The notes: a model not told the origin generated them from the letters alone. Counted from the first letter of the stretch, positions 46,812 to 55,984 are shown. The stretch: DNA of 64,000 nucleotides from an uncultured Enterobacteriaceae bacterium (GCA_964457335.1 CAYWGD010000017.1:11069-75068), one strand, 5' to 3'. A program made the numbers and translations.

Positions 46812-48455
46812 GTGCGCACGCCGATCGCCCCTTCGCCGCATCCCGCCGCCGATCTCGCCGAGGTCGTCGAGGGGGCGCTCACGCGCGAGGGGCACCTCTT
46901 CAGCGCGGGGGAGCACGTCGCGCTCCGCCGCCTGCTCGGCCTCGACGACGAGGCCCGCGAGCTCTGGGCCCGGCTCTCCTTGCGGACGGGCAGCGGCGAG
47001 GGGGAGGGGCCCCCCGTGTTCCGCGTCGCGTCGCTCCGCTACGACCTCGACGTCCGCGGGGCCGTCGCGCGCCTCGGCGACGCGGGGCTGGCGCACGTCG
47101 CGATCCCGGACGACCGCTGCGCGCCCGCGTTCGACGTGCCCGCGCTCAAGGCCGCGTGCGCCCGCCTGGGGCTCCCCCTCGGCGGCGCGCGAGCGGCCCT
47201 CGTGAAGCGGCTGGTGGGCCGGCGCTGGGTGGACGAGCCCGTCGTGATGCTCGCCCACACGGGGCTCGTGCGGCGCTGCGAGCTCCTCTACTTCCAGAGC
47301 CCCTACGTCGACCGCACCTCGCTGGTGGTCGAGCGCCTCGGGCAGCTGCGGTGGCCCGCGTACACGCCGACGGGGGGCGTCGGGCTCTTCCCGCACCGCG
47401 CCGCGCTCCGGGCCTACGAGCGCGCCCGCGCCGCCGCGTGGACGGACGACGGCGAGCCCTTGCGCCTCGCGCTCGCCGGGCCGCCGGAGGTCGGCCTCTC
47501 GCCCTGGCGCCGCGCGGTCGAGGCCGTGCTCGCCGCGGACCCCGACGCCGACGTGCTCGGGAAGCTGGCGGGTGCGGGTGCGCCCGTGCGGCCGTCGTGG
47601 GCGTTGCGGCTCGAGCGCGAGGGGCGCGCGCGGGAGGCGCTCGCGGTGTGCCGCGCCGCCACGCGGGACGACGACGTGGACGGCGCCACGGCGGTCGCGC
47701 TGGAGCGCACGGGGCGGCGGCTCGCGCGCGCGCTCGGCGAGGGCTGGGCGCCCCGGACGCCGCTGCGGTCGGCTGCGGTGCGACGGCTGCGCCTCGCGGC
47801 GGGCCCGAAGGGCGGGGCGCGACCGACGTGGGTGGTCGACGGCGAGGCGCTCCCGGTCGAGGCCGCCGTCCTGCGCGCGCTCGCGCGGGCGGACCGGCGC
47901 GCGCTGCACGCCGAGAACTGGCTCTGGACCTCGCTCTACGCGCTCGTGTTCCGGGACCTCTACTTCCTGCCCGTGCCCGGCATGCTCCCGACGGCGCGGC
48001 GGGACGGGCCGCTCGACGTCGGCACGCCCGGCTTCTACGGGCGCCGCCGGGAGGTCGTCGAGGCCCGGCTCGGAGCGCTCGCGGCCGACGGACCCGCGCG
48101 ATTCGTGGAGGGATGGAGCGGCGAGCGGCTCGCGGGGCTCGGCGCGGCCGAGGTCGCCCGCTCGGAGTGCGCCTCGATCCCCGGGAAGACCGCAGCGGCG
48201 GTGCTCGGGCGGCTCGCGCGGGAGGGCTGGGCCGCCGCGCGGGGGCTGCCCGACCTCTACATTTTTCCGGGCCCGCCGATCCGGATCGAGGGCGCGGTGC
48301 CCGCGCGCGTCGACGATCGCGACCTGCTCGTGGAGATCAAGGGACCGACGGACGCGCTGCGCGACGAGCAGCGCGTCTGGCACGCGCGGCTCCTCGACGA
48401 GGGAATTCCCGTGGAGTTGTGGGAGGTTGCGGGGCAGATCCGAGAATCCGCTTGA
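46812..48455 (+). CDS. FAN1-like structure-specific nuclease (SAP, TPR-like and VRR-NUC domains)
   Basis: SAP-like VPALKAACARLGLPLGGARAALVKRLV. C-terminal VRR-NUC with GLPDLYIF...LVEIKGPTDALRDEQRVW (D...E-x-K). The start is uncertain: GTG at 46812 or ATG at 46776. Confidence 0.8.
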   Translation: MRTPIAPSPHPAADLAEVVEGALTREGHLFSAGEHVALRRLLGLDDEARELWARLSLRTGSGEGEGPPVFRVASLRYDLDVRGAVARLGDAGLAHVAIPDDRCAPAFDVPALKAACARLGLPLGGARAALVKRLVGRRWVDEPVVMLAHTGLVRRCELLYFQSPYVDRTSLVVERLGQLRWPAYTPTGGVGLFPHRAALRAYERARAAAWTDDGEPLRLALAGPPEVGLSPWRRAVEAVLAADPDADVLGKLAGAGAPVRPSWALRLEREGRAREALAVCRAATRDDDVDGATAVALERTGRRLARALGEGWAPRTPLRSAAVRRLRLAAGPKGGARPTWVVDGEALPVEAAVLRALARADRRALHAENWLWTSLYALVFRDLYFLPVPGMLPTARRDGPLDVGTPGFYGRRREVVEARLGALAADGPARFVEGWSGERLAGLGAAEVARSECASIPGKTAAAVLGRLAREGWAAARGLPDLYIFPGPPIRIEGAVPARVDDRDLLVEIKGPTDALRDEQRVWHARLLDEGIPVELWEVAGQIRESA

Positions 48456-48494
48456 AACCGAGCTTCAACGCCCCTTCTTCGGCAGGGGAGGGGA

Positions 48495-48506
48495 TTGACA
48501 CGTCAA
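48495..48506 (+). promoter_or_regulatory. Palindrome TTGACACGTCAA overlapping a candidate -35 (TTGACA-N16-TAGGCT)
   Basis: Perfect 5-bp arms (TTGAC/GTCAA), about 90 nt upstream of the HTH gene ATG. Confidence 0.3.
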
Positions 48507-48596
48507 CGGGGGGTGGTAGGCTTGCGGGGTGAAGGGAATTCTCAGCCCTTCGCAGACAGGTACGCGAACAGGACCACCGGACGGAGGAGAACCCCC

Positions 48597-48863
48597 ATGC
48601 CGATCGCCAACGCCAGGAGCCGCGAGCGGGTCGCGCGCAACTTCATCAAGACCTACGGGCGCGCGCGCTTCCGTCGCCTGCTCGAGGCGCTCGCCCGCGC
48701 GGAGAGCGGCCAGGTCGTGGCGGACGAGTTCGGGGTGAGCCGCGAGCGCGTGCGGCAGTGGAAGAACACCTTCGGCACGGTCATCACGATGTACCAGGTG
48801 CACCCCGAGGTGGAGCGCCTCCTCGCCGAGCGCCGCCCGCCCCCGGTCCAGCAGGCGGGCTGA
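48597..48863 (+). CDS. Small helix-turn-helix protein
   Basis: M35 of ORF 48495..48863, with a GGAGGAGA Shine-Dalgarno sequence upstream. HTH-like GQVVADEFGVSRERVRQWKN. Confidence 0.55.
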   Translation: MPIANARSRERVARNFIKTYGRARFRRLLEALARAESGQVVADEFGVSRERVRQWKNTFGTVITMYQVHPEVERLLAERRPPPVQQAG

Positions 48864-48983
48864 GAGGCACGCGGGCCGATCGGCAGGGGGCCGATCGCCG
48901 CGCTCCGTCCGGGTAAACGTGACGGGCCCGAGACGAACCGGGACCTGCGGCAGGCGGCGGGAACCTCCCGACGGCGTTAATCC

Positions 48984-49027
48984 GGGGGGGCGTTGCGGGG
49001 GGGCGTGCCCCCCCGCCCCAAGAAGAA
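48984..49027 (+). repeat. G/C-run repeat family, copy R3
   Basis: GGGGGGGCGTTGCGGGGGGGCgtgCCCCCC(C)GCCCCAAGAAGAA, between the HTH gene and the thiolase gene. Confidence 0.6.
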
Positions 49028-49052
49028 ACCGCTCCTGACCCCGAGGTTTCCC

Positions 49053-50309
49053 ATGTCCCGTCGCGTCTTCCTCGTCGGGGGTGCCAACACCCCGTTCATC
49101 GGCAAGGGCCACCCCGACTTCATCTGGAAGAACCATCCCGACTTCGGGAAGCGGGACAACCCGGGCCTCGAGGAGACGCTCGAGGCGGCGGTGAACGCGG
49201 CCATCACGGCCACGGGCGTCGACCCCGAGCGCATCGACAAGGGCTACATCGGCAACTTCGTCGGCGAGCTCTTCTCGAAGCAGGGCCACCTGGGCGCCGC
49301 GCTCGCGGGCAGCCACCCGGCGCTCGCCGGCAAGCCGATGACGCGCACGGAGGGCGCCTGCGCTTCCGGCGGCCTCGCGCTGCTCTGCGCCGTCGACGCG
49401 ATCCGCGCCGGGTACGACACGATCCTGGTCGCGGGCGTCGAGATCCAGACGAACGAGTCCGCCCGGACCGGCGCCGACTACCTCGCGCGCGCGTCGCACT
49501 ACAAGCGCCAGCGCGGCATCGACGACTTCACCTTCCCCGCGCTCTTCGGGCGCCGGACCAAGGTGTACCGCGAGGCCTACGGCGTGTCCGAGGAGGACAT
49601 CGGCCGCGTCGCGGTGAAGGCGTACGGGAACGCGAACAAGAACCCGCTCGCGCACATGAAGGCGCGGAAGATGGACCTCGACACCGCCGCGGCCGCGAGC
49701 GAGAAGAACCCCTGCTTCCTCGCGAACGCCGAGTACGCGCCCTACATCAAGATGTCGGACTGCTCCCAGGTGAGCGACGGCGGCTCGGCCGCGATCGTCG
49801 TGAGCGAGGCGGGCCTGCGCGCGATGGGCAAGACCGAGGCCGACGCCGTCGAGATCGTGGCCTACGGGCACAGCACCGCGTCGCTCTACGAGGACGGCGA
49901 CCTCACGCAGCTCCACACCACGACCGCCGCCGCCCGCAAGGCGTACGCGGCCGCCGGCATCAGCGCCGGGGACGTGGGCGTGGCCGAGGTGCACGACTGC
50001 TTCACCGTCACCGAGCTGCTCATGTACGAGGCGCTCGGCTTCGCGGCCCCCGGCCAGGGCGCGGCGCTCATCCGCGACGGCGCCACGAACATCGACGGGC
50101 GCATCCCGGTCAACACCGGCGGAGGGCTCATCGGGTTCGGGCATCCGGTCGGGGCGACGGGTGTCAAGCAGGTCATCGAGCTGTTCCGTCAGCTCAAGGG
50201 CCGGGCCGGCGCCTACCAGGTGTCCGGCGGGCCGCGGTACGGCGTGGCCGCCAACATGGGCGGCGACGACCGCACGGCCGTCGTGACGGTGCTCAAGAAC
50301 CTCGTGTAG
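49053..50309 (+). CDS. Thiolase-family protein (SCP-x/non-specific lipid-transfer type acetyl-CoA C-acyltransferase)
   Basis: M21 of ORF 48993..50309. RTEGACASGG (active-site Cys), EVHDCFT and NTGGGLIGFGHPVGATG motifs. Confidence 0.85.
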   Translation: MSRRVFLVGGANTPFIGKGHPDFIWKNHPDFGKRDNPGLEETLEAAVNAAITATGVDPERIDKGYIGNFVGELFSKQGHLGAALAGSHPALAGKPMTRTEGACASGGLALLCAVDAIRAGYDTILVAGVEIQTNESARTGADYLARASHYKRQRGIDDFTFPALFGRRTKVYREAYGVSEEDIGRVAVKAYGNANKNPLAHMKARKMDLDTAAAASEKNPCFLANAEYAPYIKMSDCSQVSDGGSAAIVVSEAGLRAMGKTEADAVEIVAYGHSTASLYEDGDLTQLHTTTAAARKAYAAAGISAGDVGVAEVHDCFTVTELLMYEALGFAAPGQGAALIRDGATNIDGRIPVNTGGGLIGFGHPVGATGVKQVIELFRQLKGRAGAYQVSGGPRYGVAANMGGDDRTAVVTVLKNLV

Positions 50310-50334
50310 CAGGGCCCGCGGGCCGGAGGCAGCG

Positions 50335-50973
50335 ATGAAGAAGTGGCTCCCGTACATCGTCGCGGCGGTGCTCGGCATCGGCGTGGCCGTCGTCGCCTTC
50401 GGTCCCGGCATGGGCGGCGCCTCCAAGGAGGCGCCGGCCAAGGCCGAGAAGCCCGGGAAGCGCAAGGTCCAGACCGCCGTGGACATGGGCAAGGACGGCG
50501 TGGACGTCGTGCGCACGGAGGGCGAGACCAAGACGCCCGCCGAGGTGATCGCCGAGGGGCGCGCCAACCCGCCGCCCCCGCCGGGCACGCTCCGCCCGAT
50601 GAACCAGGCGGAGATCGACCACCAGGCGCGGCTCGCCCGTCCCTTCAACCAGCACTACGCCTACGTGGCCGCGTTCTGGAACCGGGCGGCCCAGCTCGCC
50701 GGCCCCGCGGACTCGGACCTCTCGCGCGAGTGCTCGGCCATGTCGCGCTACCTGCGCGACCAGGGCAACCTCGAGAACGAGGAGCTCGACGTGGCCGCCG
50801 TGATCGCCAAGGAGAAGGCGCTCGCGGCGAAGGTGCGCGCGGCCGTCCCGGGCAACGAGGAGCTCGGGGGCGTGCTCGACTACATCGAGGAGTCCGGCCA
50901 GGCCGTGCTCGACGGCCAGGACCCGACCAAGGTCCTCAAGCCGAGCCAGAAGAAGGCGGCGGCGGGCCAGTAG
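50335..50973 (+). CDS. Membrane-anchored hypothetical protein
   Basis: N-terminal TM helix WLPYIVAAVLGIGVAVVAF, a Lys/Pro-rich linker, and a helical C-terminal domain. Confidence 0.55.
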   Translation: MKKWLPYIVAAVLGIGVAVVAFGPGMGGASKEAPAKAEKPGKRKVQTAVDMGKDGVDVVRTEGETKTPAEVIAEGRANPPPPPGTLRPMNQAEIDHQARLARPFNQHYAYVAAFWNRAAQLAGPADSDLSRECSAMSRYLRDQGNLENEELDVAAVIAKEKALAAKVRAAVPGNEELGGVLDYIEESGQAVLDGQDPTKVLKPSQKKAAAGQ

Positions 50974-51024
50974 GCCGAAGGGGACGGGCTCCGCGCCGTA
51001 CGAGCGGAGCCCCCCGGTGGCGGC

Positions 51025-52107
51025 CTACTCGATCAGCTTGCCGTCGGTGCACTTGCCGTCAGCGTAGCCGCCCTCGGGCTGCGACATCTTCCCGGCCTCG
51101 TCCAGCGCGATGCGCTCGACCCAGTCGCACACGAACTCGTACTTGCGGAGCTTGCCCTTCACGAAGAGGGCGGAGATCTGGCGCGCGGCGAGGATGCGGG
51201 GCGCCAGCTTCTTCACGAGCGTGGCGGCCTCGAAGCGGGCGTGGACCGGGACCTCGCACTTGGTGACGCCGTTGATGGTGATCCCGCAGGCCAGCTCCTC
51301 GCCGACCGTCAGGTCGGTCCAGGCGAGCCGGTCGTCGAAGCCCTGCAGCGACTGCTGCGACCACTGGGCTTCCTCGTTGGGCGTGAGGCCCTTGTAGATC
51401 ACCTTCCGCATCTCGCCGCCCACGTGCGGCCACCAGCCGCCGTTGTTCCCGACCTCCGGGTAGTCGTCGTGGGCCTGGTCGAGCACCTTGTCCACGTGCG
51501 CCTTGACGGCGGCGGCGTCGGGGATCGGGATGTCGGGGGGCAGCACCTTGATCCGGATCGTCGCGAGCGGGTTCGGGCCCTTGTCGCGCCAGGCCGTCTC
51601 CGCGATCGCGCGGTTGCCGCGGTAGGTATAGCTGCCCGTCGTGTGCGACTCCATGTACGACGCGGAGAAGGTCAACATGTCGCCGGCCTTCAAGTTGCGC
51701 GCGAACCGATCCCAGGAGTCGCCGAGCAGCCCCGTGGGGATGATGTGCCCGGTCGCCTGCGTCCCGTCGCTCATGTTGGACCAGGTGCCGAGGCCGCCGA
51801 GCTCGGGCGTCGACCGCTCGCGTGTCACCTGCAGGGAGACGGCCCACCCGGCGGCCCGCGGATCGGCGCCCGTGACGATGCTCGCGATCTTGCCCCCGAA
51901 GAGCACGCCCACGTAGAGCTCGTGCAGCCGGTTGGACGGCACCGCGGGGACGTTCTTGGTGCCGGCGATGTCATCGACACCGCGGATGTCTTCGCGGCTC
52001 ACGACCATCGTGGGCTTGGCGAGCGCCTGGGCAGGGAGCGCGAGCGCGATCCCGAGCGCGAACGTGAACATGCGGCGCACGGGCGACGCCGACGGGACGA
52101 GGGACAT
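51025..52107 (-). CDS. Secreted hypothetical protein
   Basis: Signal peptide FTFALGIALALPAQALA. A 330-aa mature part with no domain I recognise. Confidence 0.6.
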   Translation of the reverse strand: MSLVPSASPVRRMFTFALGIALALPAQALAKPTMVVSREDIRGVDDIAGTKNVPAVPSNRLHELYVGVLFGGKIASIVTGADPRAAGWAVSLQVTRERSTPELGGLGTWSNMSDGTQATGHIIPTGLLGDSWDRFARNLKAGDMLTFSASYMESHTTGSYTYRGNRAIAETAWRDKGPNPLATIRIKVLPPDIPIPDAAAVKAHVDKVLDQAHDDYPEVGNNGGWWPHVGGEMRKVIYKGLTPNEEAQWSQQSLQGFDDRLAWTDLTVGEELACGITINGVTKCEVPVHARFEAATLVKKLAPRILAARQISALFVKGKLRKYEFVCDWVERIALDEAGKMSQPEGGYADGKCTDGKLIE

Positions 52108-52139
52108 GTGGAGTCTCCGTTTGGATGGGGAGGGGGGGG

Positions 52140-52415
52140 CTACTCTTCGTCGTCACAGCTGCCGTCCACGACCTGGACGGGGTAGCAGCAGAGCGGGTAC
52201 TCGCCGGACCCGTCGTCGACGTAGGTGCCTTCCCCGGTGATCTCCACGATGTCGGCCCCGCACGCCTCGAAGAGCTCCGTGGTGTTGAGGCTCTCGTAGG
52301 AACGGCAGGTGGTGGTCCCCGCGACCTCCATGCAGGCCTCGCCGTCGACGTGCTTCTCACAGCCGACGAGGAGGAACAGGGAGGAGAGTAGTCCGGCACG
52401 GACGAACGACGGCAT
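52140..52415 (-). CDS. Small acidic Cys-rich lipoprotein
   Basis: Lipobox LVGC. There are 8 further Cys in about 70 residues and an acidic tail DDEE. Confidence 0.55.
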   Translation of the reverse strand: MPSFVRAGLLSSLFLLVGCEKHVDGEACMEVAGTTTCRSYESLNTTELFEACGADIVEITGEGTYVDDGSGEYPLCCYPVQVVDGSCDDEE

Positions 52416-52544
52416 GCAAGCTCCTTTGCGCGCGGGAGCTTAGCGCGCGCGCGGGAGGCCGGAAGCGTCCGGAGCCAGATTTGTCACGAATTGCGAGCAC
52501 GGCGTTTCGGACCGTAGTAAGCCCAACGCGCCGAGGGAGCGTCG

Positions 52545-53636
52545 ATGGGAATGTTCGTCCTGATGTTGGGTGCGTGCGCCGGGGGAGAAGAGGAGCCGCT
52601 GACCGCCGAGGAGCAGCAGGCGAAGGACATCGCCGACTACGAGGCGCTGAGCACGCAGCTGGCCGGGGCGCTGTCCGAGTTCCTGCCCGAGCGCGGCGCC
52701 GCGGCCATCTCGGCGCAGGGCGACCGCTTGTTCTGGGTCGACGACTCGGAGTGGGACTTCAAGGTCCGCTCCTGGGACTCCACGACGGACGCCACGGTCG
52801 CCTACGACTTCACCATCGGCGATGCGTACGACAACTACGTCGTGAGCGACGACCTCATCGCCACCGCGCGCGAGGCGGGGGACATGATCGAGTACGACGT
52901 CTATGACGTCGGCGCCGCCAGCCAACACCTCGGCACACTCACGATGGAGGCGCCGACGGACGGCCAGCGCTGGTGGGCCTACGCCGCGCACGGCGCGGAC
53001 CTGTACGTCGCCCCGACCGAGCCCGAGCCGGCCATCCAGCGCTGGTCCCCCGCCGGGGGCCCGACGCCGACGGAGGTGTTCACCTTCGCGGACGTCGGGG
53101 TCGACATCGGCGAGTTCTGGGGCTTCGGGCTCGACGCGGACCACCTGATCTTCGCGGAGTCGGGCCGGATCTGGTCGCTCGACCGTGACACGAACCAGGC
53201 GACCTGGCTGGAGAACGAGACACAGGTCGGCGGCGAGGTCGATCTGCGTCCCGACGGCGTGTTGTACGCGACCGCGGAGTCCATCGACTTCTGGAGCTAC
53301 GCCTCGAGCACCCGCCGCAACGTCACCGAGGAGATCCTGGCGAGCGACTACCAGCTCAGCCAGACCTACGCGGCCGCGCACGAACCCGCGAGCGCCGAGT
53401 TCGCACGCTATCGCGACTGGATCGTCTACCACGGGCAGAACGGCATCTTCGCGTGGAACATGAGCACGGACGAGATCGAGCCCATCCTGCTCGAGCCCCG
53501 CGACATGCCGCGCACGGTCTACCAGAACCCGCAGGTGCTCGACGACGGCACGCTCTTCGTCGAGGCGCTCGTGAGCGAGTCGGGCTCGGTGGGCTACGAC
53601 GGGCCGATCTACCGGGTGGACACCGACATCTGGTAG
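52545..53636 (+). CDS. Lipoprotein, probably beta-propeller-like, function unknown
   Basis: Lipobox LGAC. Repeated W/Y-rich strand motifs (LFWVDD, IWSLDRD, IFAWNMS, IYRVDTD). Confidence 0.6.
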   Translation: MGMFVLMLGACAGGEEEPLTAEEQQAKDIADYEALSTQLAGALSEFLPERGAAAISAQGDRLFWVDDSEWDFKVRSWDSTTDATVAYDFTIGDAYDNYVVSDDLIATAREAGDMIEYDVYDVGAASQHLGTLTMEAPTDGQRWWAYAAHGADLYVAPTEPEPAIQRWSPAGGPTPTEVFTFADVGVDIGEFWGFGLDADHLIFAESGRIWSLDRDTNQATWLENETQVGGEVDLRPDGVLYATAESIDFWSYASSTRRNVTEEILASDYQLSQTYAAAHEPASAEFARYRDWIVYHGQNGIFAWNMSTDEIEPILLEPRDMPRTVYQNPQVLDDGTLFVEALVSESGSVGYDGPIYRVDTDIW

Positions 53637-53639
53637 CCC

Positions 53640-54776
53640 CTACTGGAAGAGCCGCAGCTGCACGGCCTCCCGCCGGAACGCCGCGACCGCGGCGCGCGCG
53701 GCGTCCGCGTAGGGCCGATCCACGTAGATGCGGCGCATCTCGACGTGGGGGTCCATGCGGCGGAGCACGGGCGACGCGGCGAACACGCTGCGCGTGCGGC
53801 CGGCCTCGAGGATCGGGATGTCGCCTTCGGGGCGGAAGGTGACGAGGCGCGCCGAGCTGTCGACGCGCGGAGGCACGCCCAGCACGTTCCCGAGGTGCGC
53901 GGCGATGGCGTCGGCCTCGGAGCGCTGGGCGGGGTCCGCGCTCACCTCGAGCTCCGCGACACAGGCGGGCACGCGCCGCTCCCAGACGGCCCGGGCGGCC
54001 GGGCGGGGGTCGACGCGGAGCAGCTCGCCGGCGCGCGCGTCGTCCCAGTCGAGGAACGCCTCGGGCTCGGTCGGCCAGTCCGGGAGCACCTCTTCGAGCA
54101 ACAGATCGAGCACCCGTCGCGTGCGGTGGAAGTACACCTGCTGGAACATCGAGTAGCGCGCGAGCAGGAGGCCCTCGACCGCGTGGAGGCCGGCCCCGCG
54201 CACGGCCACGCCGCCGTCGGGCCCGGGCACGATCGACTCGACCAGCCGCGGCAGGTCGTACTCGCCGTAGCGGACGCCGCACATGCGCGCGTCGCGGAGC
54301 AGGTAGTCCATGCGGTCGGCGTCGAGCTGGCCGCTCACGAGGTCGTGGGCGAGCGGGTCGCCGGTGCCGGCGATCACGCCGGCGACCTCCTCGGGGTCGG
54401 TTCCGTGGGCGCGCAGCACGTCGGCGACATCGCCCTCGCGCACGAGGCGGAGGGTCATCTCCTCGTGCGGGACCCCGCGCTCGCCCGCGTGGGAGAAGGG
54501 CGGGTGCCCGAGGTCGTGGAGCAGCGCGGCGACCCGCACCACGCCGGCGTCCCCGGACCAGCCCGCGCGCGTGAGCGACGCGGCGAGGAGGCCCGCCACG
54601 TGGCAGGCGCCGAGGCTGTGGACGAAGCGGCTGTGCTCCGCCCCCGGGTAGACGAGGTGCGTGAGGCCGAGCTGCTTGACGCGGCGGAGCCGTTGGAAGG
54701 CGCGAGTGTCGACCAGCGCGGCCTCGACGGGCCGGAGATCGACGAAGCCGTGGATGGGATCGCGGACGCGGTGCAC
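53640..54776 (-). CDS. HD-domain phosphohydrolase of the SAMHD1/dGTPase-like type
   Basis: DPIHGFV...FQRLRRVKQLG...EHSRFVHSLG...LLHDLGHPPFSH...DADRMDYLLRD. Confidence 0.85.
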   Translation of the reverse strand: MHRVRDPIHGFVDLRPVEAALVDTRAFQRLRRVKQLGLTHLVYPGAEHSRFVHSLGACHVAGLLAASLTRAGWSGDAGVVRVAALLHDLGHPPFSHAGERGVPHEEMTLRLVREGDVADVLRAHGTDPEEVAGVIAGTGDPLAHDLVSGQLDADRMDYLLRDARMCGVRYGEYDLPRLVESIVPGPDGGVAVRGAGLHAVEGLLLARYSMFQQVYFHRTRRVLDLLLEEVLPDWPTEPEAFLDWDDARAGELLRVDPRPAARAVWERRVPACVAELEVSADPAQRSEADAIAAHLGNVLGVPPRVDSSARLVTFRPEGDIPILEAGRTRSVFAASPVLRRMDPHVEMRRIYVDRPYADAARAAVAAFRREAVQLRLFQ

Positions 54777-54874
54777 GGGGCCACCTATCCCCGCGTGGCG
54801 TCCGAATCGCGCCTCGGTCGGGACGGAAGGTGCGCCTTCGCAGATGAGTTAGCATGCGGGCGCGAGGAGAGCGG

Positions 54875-55975
54875 ATGCGGTTCGGCGTACGAGTGCTGGC
54901 TTCGGTCGCCGCGGGGCTCCTGTGCAGCGCCGGATGGGCGGACGCCCAGGAGCCCGAGGAGAAGCGGATCGCGCTGGTCATCGGGATCTCGAGCTACGCG
55001 CGGCTTCCCGCCGAGCTCCAGCTCGACAACGCGCGCACCGACGCGGCCCGCGTGGCCGCCGCGCTCGAGCAGTCCGCGGGGTTCGACCAGGTGCGCCTCC
55101 TCACCGACGCGAGCGCCACGCTCGAGAACGTGCAGTCTGTGCTGCGCGAGCAGGTGTCGAAGGAGGTCGCCTGGCGCGACCTGTTCGTCGTCTACTTCGT
55201 GGGCCACGGCGTGGGCGGGGACTACGGCGAGCCGCGCCTCCTCTTCTACGACACCGACCCCGACGCGCTCGAGAGCACCTCGCTCACCGTGGCGGCGCTC
55301 TCGGAGCAGCTCCAGAAGTTCGTCCCGGCCAGCCGCTACATGGTGGTCACCGACGCCGCGAACGAGGGCCAGCTCAACGGCCTCGCGCTGCTCGGGCCGA
55401 CGGGCAACGACTGGCCGGTGCTCGGCCAGCGCAGCTTCGTGATGTCGAGCGCCGCGCCCCGGCAGGTGGTGCGCCCGGGCGTGTTCGCCAAGTCCTTCAT
55501 CGAGGGCATGAGCGGCGCGGCGGACAGCAACGGCGACGGCACGATCACCGGCTCCGAGCTCAACGGCTACCTCGTCGTGGCCGTGCCCAACGCCACCGGT
55601 GGAGCGCAGCTCCCCACGGTCCAGGGCAAGTACGACCCGAACCTGGAGCTCGCGCGGAAGCGCAAGGCGCCCGTCGAGGCGGCGGCCGCGGCGCCGGCGG
55701 TGCCGGCCCCCGCGCCCGTGTCGAACATCCGCGTCGACAAGGCCAAGTTCGTGGTCCAGGGCGGCTCGGCGGGCAAGGTGCAGTGCGTGCAGTCCGCGCC
55801 GGTCGCGTGCGACCCCACCTGCTACGTCTGGGACGTGCCGGCGGGCGCGTGCAAGGTCACGATGACCGTCGAGGGCAAGGAGGTCGTCGGCGACGTCGAG
55901 GTCCTCTACCGCGGCGCCTACACCTGCGGCGTGTTCGGCGACGCGGTGAAGTGCTCGAGCCCGCCTCCTCCCTAG
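54875..55975 (+). CDS. Secreted caspase-fold (peptidase C14-like) protein lacking the catalytic Cys, with an EF-hand-like loop and a Cys-rich C-terminal beta domain
   Basis: M8 of ORF 54854..55975 plus a signal peptide. IALVIGISSY and the His box YFVGHG are present. The expected D-x-C box reads VVTDAANEG (Cys replaced by Ala). DSNGDGTITGSELNGY follows. Confidence 0.75.
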   Translation: MRFGVRVLASVAAGLLCSAGWADAQEPEEKRIALVIGISSYARLPAELQLDNARTDAARVAAALEQSAGFDQVRLLTDASATLENVQSVLREQVSKEVAWRDLFVVYFVGHGVGGDYGEPRLLFYDTDPDALESTSLTVAALSEQLQKFVPASRYMVVTDAANEGQLNGLALLGPTGNDWPVLGQRSFVMSSAAPRQVVRPGVFAKSFIEGMSGAADSNGDGTITGSELNGYLVVAVPNATGGAQLPTVQGKYDPNLELARKRKAPVEAAAAAPAVPAPAPVSNIRVDKAKFVVQGGSAGKVQCVQSAPVACDPTCYVWDVPAGACKVTMTVEGKEVVGDVEVLYRGAYTCGVFGDAVKCSSPPPP

Positions 55976-55984
55976 CTCTTTCTC

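Noticed and set aside
48993-50335. An apparent 1-nt frame discrepancy. My hand count of the C-run near 49008-49014 gives one C fewer than the provided ORF translations on both strands require, which would mean a frameshifted thiolase.
   Set aside because: This is most likely my own miscount of a homopolymer. The ORF track gives an uninterrupted, full-length thiolase frame, so I used the track coordinates and did not call a pseudogene.
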